64,000 bases of DNA from Trichinella spiralis (GCF_000181795.1 NW_003526943.1:4243228-4307227), one strand, 5' to 3'. Shown: positions 12,570 to 29,639, numbered from the stretch's first letter. Translations and numbers: made by a program. Notes: a model not told the origin generated them from the letters alone.

Positions 12570-14108
12570 ATGACAATCAGGTATAAATAAAGACAGTAAT
12601 TAAAATTTTAAGTAATATTCGTAATTAGTCATTGATTTCATAAATTTAATGATCGATTGAAAGCTGCTCAATGTTGAATAAATTATTTTTCTGTCCTGGA
12701 ATTGGTTTTTAACATTACTATGCATCACGATACTTTAAAATCAATTTAAAAAGTTTTCTTATTAGATGTATTTAACTGCTATTTTGAAAAATGTGATAAA
12801 GATAACCAAATAAAATTCATTTTGAATATAACAAAAATTTATGAAAAATTCAAATATACAACGAACTGCAACAATTACTAAAATAGAAAACACACGTTTG
12901 GGTGATGTGAGCACCATGCACTGTTATTAGCAGATATATATTAAATCAGATAATAGTGAAATTCATCAGACCAAAATCGTAATGAATAATGATTCAGAAT
13001 GGCAGAAGAACAGTGTGCAATTACAGAATAACGGTCAGCAGGTCATTAAGGCAAAAAATAGAATGAATGGCTGAAGTATGTGATTGGACTCCGCCACAAA
13101 GCCTAACTGAAGGTTAATATTGAAGATGGAGAATAGGATTAAAGCAATAGCGCCAGAGTGGAACCGGGGCATTAGCAGAGGTGAGAGTGCAAGTATATGG
13201 TGCCGCAGTTGGTCAGTTTCGTTTGTGTTCTACGCATTTGCTTGTGAGTGTTTAGCATTGCTTAGTAAACCTCTCCTAACAATGGTGCAAAAGCTACTGA
13301 GTGCTATCTAACATAAACAATTATCAGTGAGCAAATAAGCAAATTTATAATCACAAGAAATGATAAAGCCAAGAGTGTTACACTAATTAATTAGTTACTT
13401 TAACTAATTACAATCAGTATTAAAATATTATCAAGCTGTGCTTTAAAACCAAGGCATCATTTTGTATGTACGCAGGTTACCCCTCAAAAATACAGTGCAC
13501 TAATGTAAAAATTTTGAAAACAGCAAAACATGAAAATATAATACTTAAAACGACGCAAGTTTACTACTATGCAAGCGTTGCTGACAGAATTTGTTTACCT
13601 TCTGAACTCTGAAACAATAAATACCAGAAAAAATTCAGTTAAAAAAAATTATTTTATATGTTGCATAATTATAAATTTATTTAAAGTGTAGAACTGCTAA
13701 TTCTCAAGAAATAAACCTACAATTTAATTATGAAGATAATAAAAGCACATTGTATGGCGCTCACAGAGAAACAAAATGCCGCTAATCATGAATAGGAAAT
13801 TCTTTGTATAACACTGCATTCAGTTTTGGCGTTTACTTCTCAGAATAAATTTAATAATTCTCATAATATTTGCTCAACTATTTGATGAAGACTTAAAAAT
13901 GAACATGAATATTGAAGAAGGACTGTTATTTATTTAGAAATCAAGACAAAGTTTATTTCAGCTGCATGTCAAAATAGAAATTAAAAGCCGAATTCTGCTT
14001 TTCATTGATAGCACTTCATTGTTGAAAGCATAATGAAACTGAATGGCATTTGAAATAAATTTAATATAAAATTATCATCAAAAATAATAATTAGCATGCA
14101 TATTAATC
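12570..14108 (+). repeat. Upstream block of protease copy A, duplicated with the gene (paralogous to ~21030-22543 and ~28410-29639)
   Basis: Collinear shared strings in all three blocks, e.g. caccatgcac, gaataatgattcagaatg, cagttggtcagttt, gctaatcatgaataggaaattctttgtataacactgcattcagtt and aaaatagaaattaaaagccgaattctg. Confidence 0.9.
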
Positions 14109-18428
<4,320 letters not shown>

Positions 18429-18511
18429 ATTAAAATATTCATTAAAGGCGTATTTCCTTTGCAACTGCGAATAAGAGGTGTTCCACTTTGCTGCAATAAC
18501 TTATTTATGCA

Positions 18512-18866
18512 ATATACTTGAAACAAATTTGAATTGCTCATTCAACCATCAGGAAAATTCATATTTTTGCCTAATAATACTCAGTAATGAATTTATTTAT
18601 AAAATACAGTTTTTTGCATTTCCTAATTGTTCATTTCTGACTGAAATATATCAAGGAAACTGCAGATTATAAAGTAGCGATAATTAGAAAGCATATTTGA
18701 GCTTATATCCCTTGCGCTGCCAATGGCGTATTCGTGGAGATGCCGTCCATTTTATTATCGGCATCTGCGAAGCGTCAATTGAATATACTGATGAACAAAT
18801 TTACATGTCTGATTATTTTCTTACTTCTAAAACATCTCCAATGTTATCAGCAAAAAAGCTTGTTTA
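18512..18866. repeat. Duplicated ~350 bp segment (second copy at 36431-36791) containing a hairpin and minus-strand splice signals
   Basis: atatacttgaaacaaatttgaattgctcattc..atggcgtattcgtggagatgccgtccattttattatcggcatctgcgaagcg..cagcaaaaaagcttgtt occurs downstream of both copy A and copy C. Confidence 0.9.
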
Positions 18867-19159
18867 ATGTAATGACAATTGTTCTTGAAAATTTTTTTAT
18901 GCAGTGTCTTTTAAAATCAAAGCTTTTAAAATCAAAAATGCCATGGCGAAGATCGTTTTCATTTTTGATGAAACTTTAACTTCTTTACAATAAAAATTCA
19001 TAATTTTTTATAGAGTTTCTTTTGAAAATTTCCATTTCCATTTGTACAATTAATCAAATAAACATTGATGACAATATTTTCATTCATCAGCCAACAGCTA
19101 AATTAATCGTGATTTGATACTTTGCTCTACAAATGCGTACCCTCCCGTAAGGTTTTACT

Positions 19160-20200
19160 GTCGACCAAACTGGATGATCCACTGGTTCAAGAACTTCTTG
19201 TTCAATTATCTTATCCAGTTCTGCATCAATCTTTTCTTTCAATGCAAAGGGAACCTAATTTTTCGTGACAATACATATGATTGATCATGTTCAGTGATCA
19301 TGATCAATGACAATGGTCTAAGAATGTTGGGTAACAGTGGATCTGGAAGCCTTGAGGCCAAATTGTCAACGGATGCTAATGAATTTGCTGCGTGCTTCGT
19401 GTTTGTTTTCCTCAGTCAATTCGCTTTATTCCGGCAAATTTTTTCTATATACCCTACCTTCTGGCATGCTCTGCAGCGAGCGTTTCTGAAGCAACACTGA
19501 GCTCGAAGGTTTGTGCCTCCACAGCTCTGGCATATATATCTTAGCTTATTTTGCTGTTCTTGCCTAAGTTTGATAAACATTAGAACCATTAGTGGTCTGA
19601 AGCACGAACTTCTCAGGTATGATGAGCAGCGGCTTCTGTTGATAGGGCTTCTTCCAGGGCTGATTCGAAGGTCAAATTTTTCCGCGAAAAGAGGCGGAGC
19701 TGTAGTTCCTCATCTCTCAAGCCAGTAACTAGTCGATCACGTAGCATAATCTCTAATTCTGAAAAATTGCATCATTGGGCCAACCGACGGAGATCAAAAA
19801 AAAATCAGAAACTGATTAGGTGACTTTCTGATTTCTCTTGTAAAAAGCATTGCGTTTCGCAATTTCTGATGGTCGCGGAGAGAAATGTTCTTCCAAAACA
19901 AACAAAATCTCTTCAAAAGATTTTTCATTAAAATTAGCTGGTGAAACGAGAGCTTGAATCAAGTCAAGTTGAAAACTAGTCCATTAAAAGAGCTTAACCG
20001 TATGGCTCTTTTCATCGTGGGATCAATAACTTTGTTAACTTCTGAGAAGAAGCAGAAATGAGACGCGTATGTCGTCCATTCTTTCGGCTCAGAGATATCA
20101 AACTATTCTATGTGGCCCATCATGTTAATCAATAGTCACACGAAATCACAACGTACTTTTAATGGAATCACATCCTCGTCGCCAGTGTTGTGTATGTGAA
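19160..20200 (-). mobile_element. Decayed, internally deleted Ty3/Gypsy retrotransposon (LTR end, PBS, gag, start of RT region)
   Basis: Minus strand: ..ACAACA-C-TGGCGACGAGGATG (PBS at 20171-20184). Gag reads MMGHIE*FDISEPKEWTTYAS.., CNFSELEIMLRDRLVTGLRDEELQLRLF..LTFE, with a Zn-knuckle region CQSCGG..CCFRNARCRACQKVGYIEKICR. VPFALKEKIDAELD..VLEPVDHPVWST follows. Stops and frameshifts throughout. Confidence 0.88.
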
Positions 20201-21029
20201 ACTGATTAGCCCTTTGATGGATTTTGGGGTGTAGCACACCCCTGGGGTTTTCTTTTCAATGCTTTCTATCAATTTTTATTTTTATAGTCTGAAGCTTTGT
20301 GACATCTCTTTTGAAACAATATGACATATTTTGAAAAAATGCAATGTTCCAGGAATTTTTGTACGGTCTACAGAACATCGTAAATTTGAAAGGTATGTTG
20401 ATGGATTGTTGAGGTGTGGCACACACCTCATTAGAAAAACACGTGCAAAAAGCCGGAAGTATAGTCATTTTTATGAAATTCGTTTTAATGGATAGTACGA
20501 AGAATGTTGTATATGATGGTATCAAAGTATTTTCAATTTTAATAATTTTAAAGCTTTTATTGGCACAAATGCAACAAAATTAACGTTAAAAAATTGCCAT
20601 TTTTCAGTTTTCTTCTTCGTGTAAATTTCATTTTTAAAATTCGTGAAGCATATAAGAGAATTGAGTGGAGCACGTTATTCTGCACATTATGATAACAAAC
20701 TCAGATCTATATTCAGTTTTTTGGTCCCCAAACGACTACGTTTTTCTAAGCCCTCTCTAGTTTAACGCAAGCATGTGGAAAAGTTTTGAGCAGAAAATCA
20801 ATATTCCACATTTTTGGATTATTCTGTCCGCATTTCGAGATTTCTGGACAATATTTTAATCTAATTGGAAAATTCCTTATAAACCACCAGCATTTTTGAC
20901 TGATGTTGAGCAGCATGCGCCAACGTGTGGAAGAAGCGTTCTCGTCAATACTTACCATAAAAACCTGGCAAATATGATTTTAAAATATTTTAATGTTGTG
21001 ATGCAGAAACGTCGTATAATATAATAATC

Positions 21030-22543
21030 CTAAAATAACAATCAGGTACAAATAAAGACAGTAATAATTATTATAAGTAATATTTGAAATTAGTCATTGT
21101 TTTAATAAATTTAATGATTGATTGATAGCTCAAAGTGGATAAATTATTTTTCTATCCCGAAATTGTAGTATAACACTACAATGCATCATGTTACTTTAAT
21201 ATCAATTAAAAAACTTTTCGTATAAGATATATTTAGCCGTTATTTTGAAAAATGTATTGAAAATAGCCAAATGAAATTCACTCTGAATAGAACAAAACTT
21301 TATGAGAAATTAAAGTATAGAACAAACAGTTACAAATACTTAAATGCAAAACACTGTGTTAGATGATGTCGAACACCATGCACGGTTATTAGCGGATACA
21401 AATTAAATTAGTTCTATGCCAGATTAATGATGAATAATGATTCAGAATGACAGCGAAACAATGTGCAATTATAGATTATCATTCAGCATGTCATTAAAGC
21501 AAAATGAATGTATGGCTGAAGTATGTGATTGGTATTAGACGTCGCCACATAGCCGACTAAAGATTAAGATCGAGCATAAAGAATAGGATTAAAGAAATAG
21601 CAAAATAGAAGAACCGGTAGAATAGCCGAGTTGAGAGTCAAGGAATATAGTGCCGCAGTTGGTCAGTTTCGCTTGTATTTTATGCATCACATTGCTAAGT
21701 AAAGCTCTCCTAACAGTGGCGTAGAAACTACTGAGTACTAAACAACATAAACAATTACCAATGAGCAAATAAGCAAGAAAAATAAATCACAACAAATAAC
21801 AGAGCAAGAACCGTTACACTAATCAATTAGCTACTTTAACTAATTACAATCAGTATTAAAATATTATCAAGCTGTGCTTCAAAAACAGGGCATTATTTTG
21901 TATGTACGCAGTTTACCCTCAGAAATGCAATGCACTAATGTAAAAATTTTGAAAGCAAATTAAAACATGAAGAAATAATATTCAAAAGGACGCAGATTTC
22001 ATACTAAGAAGGGGTTGATTACAGGATTTGTTTACCTTCAGAACTTTGAAACAATAAATACCAAAAAAATTCAGTTAAAAATTATTTTATATGTTGCATA
22101 ATTATAAATTTATTTAAAGTGTAGAACTGCTAATTCTCAAGAAACAAAAATACAATTTAATTATGAAGATAATAAAAGCATATTGTATGGCGCTCACAGA
22201 GAAACAAAATGCCGCTAATCATGAATAGGAAATTCTTTGTATAACACTGCATTCAGTTTTGGCGTTTACTTCTCAGAATAAATTTAATAATCTTCAAAGA
22301 ACATTTGCTCAACTATTTGCTGAAGATTTAAAAATGAACATGAATATTGAAGAAGGACTGTTATTTATTTAGAAATCAAGACAAAGTTTATTTCAGCTGC
22401 ATATAAAAATAGAAATTAAAAGCCGAATTCTGTTTTTCATTGATAGCAATTCATTGTTTAAAGCACAATGAAACTCATTATTATTTGGAATAATTTAAAT
22501 ATAAATTTACTATCAAAAATAATAATCAGCATACGCATTAAAC
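21030..22543 (+). repeat. Upstream block of protease copy B (paralogous to 12570-14108)
   Basis: Begins at acaatcaggta(c/t)aaataaagacagtaat, as in copy A, and is collinear up to the ATG. Confidence 0.9.
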
Positions 22544-25500
22544 ATGAAACGCTGGCACCCCTTCGGCATACCTTTTCATAATGCATTTCTGTTGTTTTGT
22601 ATTATTATTAAGGTAGGGCATGATATCTAATGTTGCTCAAATATCCTGACTATTAATGTTTTTTTATAGGAAACATTTTCACAGTATTGTGGAAATCCTT
22701 ATTTTGAACCATATTTGACAAATCCACACTATCCGGACCAAACTGTTGGTGAATGGGTTGCAAGGCCATATTCATTTCCATGGACTGTTCATGTATTAGC
22801 TCATATTTCTGGATTTTGGTATGAATCTTGTGGAGGCAGTCTGATTTCTTTTGACTATTCAAACGCCAGTGATACAGTCCTCACTTCATCACATTGTGTT
22901 AGAGTAAAGTGAGAAATATTTTTATGCAAATTTACATTATGCAAAATATAAATTAGACTGGCAAAAACACCCATTATGTCGTTAATGCTTATTTGGTACA
23001 TAAAATAAATTATATAATATATATATATATATAGTTAAGATAATAAAATGGAAATGTTTAATTGTAAATGTAAAAATGAATTGCGAGCCTTCATTTATAT
23101 CTACCGTGTAAGCTTTGTAAAACTCATATTTAAGTAATATCATGTTTTTTGAGGTAGATAAATTTTTTTTATGTTTAACAGTACTTAAAATGAGCACTTT
23201 GTTAGCAATCGCCTCGTGGATGCGAATGCAATAACCGTGACAGCAGGTGCATTCGATATAAGGGATTTAAACGAACCTCACAGAGTCACATCAAAAGTCC
23301 TTGCATACATGTCAGATAATTTTGGTATCGTCAATAAACCAAATGATGTCGCAATGTTGCGTTTGAAAGTAAAGATTCCGCATTCTGAATACATCAGCCC
23401 AGTCTGCTTGCCCTATTCATACCAAGATATACCATGGGGAGAGACATGCTTTGTGTCTGGTTGGGATTTATCTAAAGGTAATTAAATTCAAAAATCCACT
23501 AATGCATTAATGTAATCAAGAATTGACTTTATGAAGAATCAGGAAAACCATCGTCTAAATTGTACCAAGTTGGAATACCAATTTTACAGAAAAACAACTG
23601 CCGGTTTGTTGATGCGCATGATATTTTTTGCGTAGGTGATGTGATTGGAGGAATAGATCCCTCCCAAGTAAGCCTTATGCAATATTTTTTGAATAAAATG
23701 ATGTGACAATGCTTATTCATAAAAGTCAAAAAAATGTCATTTAGGTTGATTCAGGAGGACCTCTGGTTTGTAAACTAAATGATTCCTATGTTCAAATGGG
23801 CATAGTTAGTTTTCGTTACGGCCATGCTGGAAAGCACCATGTTGGTATCTATTCAAATGTTCCTTATTATTCAAACTGGATCTACAATCAATTGTGGTGG
23901 CTTCCTGATTCATCTAATTCTTCATATGTTGGAGTAGAAGGTAATGTAAAGGGGCCAACTTTTAAATTTAGTCAAATTTTGCATTACATGAAAATCATAG
24001 ATTTTATTTTTAACAGCAATCAGTAATTTGCATAATTTTTAAATAATCATGCACTTGTTTTCCGTTCTATATGACATACACTATTAAACACTTTTATTCT
24101 ACTTTATTAAAGTATAACAAGCGTTCCATTTGTTGTCGTGTATATTTGTAATTTCAGATGACGGTATCATGGGATTAGAACTGCTGCATGCCGGCTGACA
24201 TTTGAAGATCAGCAGTAGCCGGTGTGACGGAAGTAGTGTTGATTTTGCACCTCTGGAATAAGGCCGGCTAATCTTTTTTATCGGTGTTTTGGCTATCAGT
24301 TTGTTTGCCTCGTTCTTACTTTTTTATAGTTTTTTAGGCTATATTTACTCTTTAATAAATAGTTGTCTTACATTTTACGTCTTGTTGTTGACACGTAATG
24401 CCTAACACGCGCTTGTCTGTATCAAAGCGTCCTGAAGATAATAGAAAACCGCTGGAAGCAAAGGCCGACGCGTTACAAAAGAATTATTGCTAGCTTCAAG
24501 TAAAAAAATATAAGACATACACTTAGTATAAGTAAAGATATAATTTGAACTAAACCCGTTAATTGTCCAAATGACTGTTACTGTCTTTGGCAATCATTTA
24601 AAGCATCCTTGGGCTTCAGACAGTGTCGCAATTATCCATGTTTTAGTAGTTAATACGCCAACAAATATATTACTGAAACTTATACATACTTACTTACCTG
24701 ATTGCAAAAACCTAATTCTAACACCGTAATCTGAATTCAAATGCCTAGCACGTTATCTGTCCGCGCACGCACGCCGCAGGTTCTTATGTCTCCGACTATT
24801 CGTTCGTACTAGCCTTACTTTAACTGAATAAAGCTACATTATACACCACAGTCGCTAATTATTTTACTTTCACTTTTTTGAAAGCAGAGGCATGTAAATA
24901 TACAGAACATGTCTATATGTTAAAGTGGGCACTTTATTCATCATGTTTAGATGACATATGGAACAACGGAAATTTCAGAAATTAAAACAGTCCTTTTTTA
25001 CAATTACCTTGGTCATTTCTGAGCAAACCAATGCTTTTACTTAGAAGTAGATCGTCTTTTATAAATAACGATAACGGCAGTTTTAAGAAAGACAAGGGAA
25101 ATTTAACTTAGCTAACTATAAAAATAATGCAATCATATTCAAATCACTTCTCCAAATAAAACGATCATTTCACCATTCAAAAGTAAAATAGATAAAAATG
25201 CATTTAGATGTTAGCACTGACAATGAAGCTGGCGACTGGTCTCCTTATTCAACTAACCGGCATTCCCAAACATATTATGGCCGTCCTTACATATGCTAAA
25301 GTATTTACTTACATACACTCAAATTTACAAACATGATATGCCGAAAAACAGCTAATGAAGTAGCAACATGGCAGTAGTGGAGATAAAATTAAGTGTTTCA
25401 TAAAAACATTAATAGCTAAACAAAAGATGCCACATTCTTCATTGAAGCATTTTCATTTCAAAACAGCGGAATAGATCAACTCACCGCATGATCAACTCGA

Positions 25501-26350
25501 CACTTGACCGTGAGGTCATAGAGTGAATTTTTCCAAGTCTCAACTAGTATTAAGATTTACTTGCTGCATTATCAACTTGCCATATTTTAGTTAGGCTTCA
25601 CTTGCCATTATCTGACTATAAGTGCATTTTTCGATAATGTCGTTCCTATGTCACAGGTTGTCATTAGGTTGTTTATTAAATGAAAAAAAAGGTACTGTCT
25701 TGTTCCTCGTCAGACTGTCATACATAATAATACATGCGCTTGATAAATCTTCTGGATACTATATCTGCCCCTCCCCTATAAATTAGACGCATCAACACCC
25801 CTCAATGCAGATATATATAATGCGGATATACATAACAATGCAGTAGAATGATTCGCAGTTGGTGAACCTATAATTTTAAGTTATGCCACAGACACAGCTA
25901 ATCACGGCGAGTTGACTGCTGCGGCGACTTGATTTAGACCCATTCAGATAAAAGTTATATCTGTAATCTTCAAAACTGAATTATTCTATTAGAATATCAT
26001 AAAAATGAAGAGACTTTATTTATTTAGGAAATCGTCCACCGTATTCACATTCACACAGACCTACAATGAATGAGAATTGTCCACCACCACCTCCAGATTC
26101 TCAAAATTTTGGTAAGTAAAAGTTTTACATCCTTTACAACTGTGAATGAAAGATGCCTTATTTTGCTGCAATAACTGCATTTGTACAGTACCGTATATAC
26201 GTATTTTATTAATATTTTATGAAAAATAAATTATTATTGACATCATTTTAGCAATAAGTAAAAACGAGTAACAGAAGAAGTTTTAAGTCTTTTAATTTTT
26301 CAGTACGTAATGTTAATGTTACCCAAAAAGTTTATGAAGTTTATACATGA
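22544..26350 (+). CDS. Trypsin-family serine protease homologue, copy B (triad kept, activation and S1 features degenerate; 3' end tentative)
   Basis: Same five-exon core, open throughout: MKRWHPFGIPFHNAFLLFCIIIK / DQ-TVGE..LTSSHC / NDVAMLRL..SGWD / FCVG..GGIDPSQ / [23 protein letters not shown]. The 5' part of tail exon 6 is replaced by LTR-like DNA, and exons 7 and 8 contain TAA. The Y exon (26028-26111) is intact; 26304-26350 is a possible last exon. Confidence 0.85.
24113..24850 (+). mobile_element. LTR-like insertion(s) replacing part of intron 5 and the 5' half of tail exon 6 in copy B
   Basis: Absent from copies A and C. Two segments have LTR-like ends: TGTTG (24131)..AATAAA (24354)..CTAACA (24407), and TGTCG (24624)..AATAAA (24827)..CCACA (24850). 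Host similarity resumes at gtcgctaattatttt. No TSD visible. Confidence 0.55.
25467..25943. mobile_element. ~475 bp non-coding MITE-like element with imperfect TIRs (copy in gene B)
   Basis: Left end TAGATCAACTCACCGCA-TGA-TCAACTCG; reverse complement of right end TAAATCAAGTCGCCGCA-GCAG-TCAACTCG. No ORF. Absent from copy A. Confidence 0.65.
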
Positions 26351-26365
26351 TTTGCTATAAGATAC

Positions 26366-28400
26366 TTAACGGTCCAAGCCGTTGGTCCTCGTCGCCACAT
26401 TTGCAGTGAGGTCCTTATTTTGACCTTTCGGTGGGTGTGCCGGCCATGTCTTTCTACGTAGCCAGTGTGTCACCATTTGAATTTCCTCGTCTGCCTCTTG
26501 CGCCAGATTCAGCTCACCACACCTCAATTCAGGCCACTGGCGCGGGGCACTTACCTCACGGTCGTTGGGAATTCGGGTATGTACAGTCTGAACCACCGTT
26601 GTTTCTGTTTGCGTGATTCCCAGCCCGCACTGTTCGCAGTTCTTCCTCGACAATGAATCTGCTTTCGAATGCTTTTTTCCAGGCCAGTGTTGAGCGTCAA
26701 AGTCAAATTCGGCTAGTCTTTCTAGCCATCGCTCAGAAGTTGCGTAGCCACTGCAAGCAACTATGGTCAGCTCGAACCGGAAATCATCGATCGTAAATAT
26801 ATGGTCGAAATTCTCGAATGCCCCATACGAGTGCTAACATCTCTCGGCGTGTCGCACAGTAGAATCATTCGAGCTCTGTTAGCGAGCGACTGGCGTATGC
26901 TACCGGATGCTCTTCTTCACCAGAAATTTGTGTCAGTACAGCGTCAAAGCCTTCACCGCTCGCATCAACGTCTAGAATGAACGGAATGTCAAACCTTGGA
27001 AATGCCAGTACTGATGCTGTGGTTAATTTCGTTTTTAGTTCAGTGGATACTGATTCCCATTCCTGGGTCCAATTCCAGCGATGGCTTTTCTGTAAGAGTT
27101 GGCGAAGTGGATGGGCTATGGCTGCGAAGTTCTTTATAAATTTTCTATAATATGATGTGAACCCCAGAAACTGTCTCACCTCAAAGACGTACTATGGGGT
27201 TCTCCATTCGTTAACTACTCATGTCTTCTCCAGGTCAGTGGCTATCCCTCTTTCTGAAATTCAGCGTCGAAGAAAATTTACGTTCCTTTACATGAAATGA
27301 CATTTCCGCGGGTTCAATATAAGGCCAATGTTCTTTACCCTCTCCAGTACTTCCCGCAAGCGTGAGAGATGTTCCCCTTCTGTTTTTCTGAAAACGATAA
27401 TGTCGTCCAAGTAGATGAATCAGGATTTCCATTGGAGTTCACGGAGGGCCATCTCCATTAGCCGTCGGAATGTTGCAGGTGCGTTACATAGACCAAAGGG
27501 CATCACGCGGATCTGATATAGACCGAAAGACGCGATTTTTTCTTTGTTGACCGGTGCTATTTCTACTTACCAATATCCTGATGCGAAGTCTAGTGTCAGA
27601 ACCATCTTGTTCTGGTGAGGGGGTCTAACGTGTCATCGATGCGCGGCAGTGTCTGGGCGTCCTTTATGGTAACGTCGTTGAGCTGGCGGAAATCGACAGA
27701 AAATATGATAGAGTCATCTTTCTATCTGACCGAAACAACAGCAGCTCCCCAAAGACTCGATGATGGTTCGATAACTTTGCGATGTTGCATGTCCTCCATT
27801 AGGCAGCGTACTTCCTCTCTCTGATGTTGCGGAAGTCTTCTCAGTGGCATTTTGACGGGTTGCGCGCTACCGGTGTTCATATGAAGCTTAATGAGGTGCG
27901 TTTGGCTGAGGTCGTCTGCCGAGAGAGTGGTTACTTGCTGATGTTCCATCAACAGATCTCATAGTGCTTCTTCGTGTGTTGGTGATAATTCTGATGTTAG
28001 AGGCAATTTGTTTTTATCTTTCTTGTCTGTTAGTATTGTTTGTACTTACCATAACTTTTGCAGCTGCCATATCTACCGTTCTGAACGGTGTCAGGTCGGC
28101 TAATGCTGTGCTTTTGAACAACGTTATTGGCGTTCCATTTGGGTTTAAGATTTTAACGACTAGCTGTTCTTCTTTAACCGTGCTTTTGGAACGCGCGGCA
28201 AGAACTAAAAGCTTTCCGAATAGTCCTGCATTCGGTTCGAAAAGCCTTTTATACTCATCAATACGTTTATTATTCCAAGTACACAAAACTCACAATTTTC
28301 AGAAAGTGTCACATTCGATGCCAGAGCGCCAAGTTGCGGAAGGCTCGGGTGATGTCACCTAGACTCGGCCGCTTTATTGTCTATTACAGTGTAACAACTA
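26366..28400 (-). mobile_element. Decayed Ty3/Gypsy retrotransposon pol (RT and RNase H) with a remnant of the 5' LTR/PBS; gag and integrase missing
   Basis: Minus strand: PVKMPLRRLP..VIEPSSSLW.., TLDFASGYW, MPFGLCNAPATFRRLME, FIYLDDIIVF (~27404-27415), RQFLGFTSYYRKFIKNFA..PFILDVDASGEG..PVAYASRSL. Many stops and frameshifts. AATAAA followed by TGGCGCTCTGG near 28320-28380. Confidence 0.93.
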
Positions 28401-28409
28401 TTACAGATA

Positions 28410-29639
28410 CTAAAATAAAAAACAGTCGTTTTGATGATGTCCAGCACCATGCACTGTTATTAGCAGATATATATTAAATCAGATAATAGTGAAATTCATC
28501 AGACCAAAATCGTGATGAATAATGATTCAGAATGGCAGAAAAACACTGTGCAATTACAGAATAACGGTCAGCATGTCATTAAGGTAAAAAATGGAATGAA
28601 TGGCTGAAGAATGTGATTGAACGCCGTCACAAAGCCTGACTGAAGGTTAAGATTAAAGATAAAGAATGGGATTAAAGCAATAGTGCCAGAGTGGAACCGG
28701 GGCATTAGCAGAGTTGAGAGTGCAAGTATATGGTGCCTCAGTTGGTCAGTTTTGTTTGTGTTTTACGCATATGCATGTGTGTTCAGCACTACTTAATAAA
28801 GCTCTCCTAACAATGGTGCAAAAGCTACTAAGTGCTATCTAACATAAACAATTATCAGTGAGCAAATAAGCAAATTTATAATCACAAGAAATGATAAAGC
28901 CAAGAGTGTTACACTAATTAATTAGTTACTTTTACTGATTGCAATCAGTATTAAAATGTTATCAGGATGTGCTTTAACAACAAGGCAATATGTTGTATGA
29001 GCGCAGTTTACCCTCAGAAATGCAGTGCGCTAAAATAAAATTTTGAAAGCATGGCAAAATATGAAGATATAATATTCAAAAGGACGCAATATTATTACAA
29101 TGCAAGGTATACTAAGAATTTGCTCACTTTCTGAATTATTCAACAATAAATAATTTAAAAAATTTAATTAAAACTTTTTTTAATTCCATTGATCAATTTC
29201 AAAATTACGTACTGCGTAAAGCAGCTAATTTTCAAAAAATAAACCGGTAATTCAGTCATTAATACAATAAAAGCACATAGTATGGCGCTCATAGAGAAGG
29301 AAAATGCGCGCTAATCATGAATAGGAAATTCTTTGTATAACACTGCATTCAGTTCTGGCGTTTACTTCTCAGAATAAATTTAATAATTCTCAAATAATAT
29401 TTGCCAAACTATTTGCTGAAGACTTAAAAATCAACATGAATATTGAAGAAAGACTATTGTTTATTTCGAAATCATGACAAAGTTTATTTCACCTGCATGT
29501 GAAAATAGAAATTAAAAGCCGAATTCTGTTTTTCATTGATAGCACTTCATTGTTGAAAGCATAATGAAACTCTGTATTCTTTGAAATAATTTTAATATAA
29601 AATTACCATCAAAAATAATAATTAGCATACGCATTAAGC
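28410..29639 (+). repeat. Upstream block of protease copy C (5'-truncated at the Gypsy element)
   Basis: Collinear with ~12880-14108; 28440-28930 is nearly identical to 12910-13400. Confidence 0.9.

Noticed and set aside
18845..18852. TGC-TGA in the same frame in both duplicated relics, as possible Cys-Sec
   Set aside because: One copy has TAA immediately after it, the region has other stops, and the nearby hairpin lacks a SECIS AUGA/GA core.
20165..20184. tRNA-like 3' end sequence as a tRNA gene
   Set aside because: Only the 3' ~20 nt including CCA are present and there is no cloverleaf; it is a retrotransposon PBS.
27964..28362. 132-aa hydrophobic plus-strand ORF
   Set aside because: Antisense to the Gypsy pol relic; no independent support.
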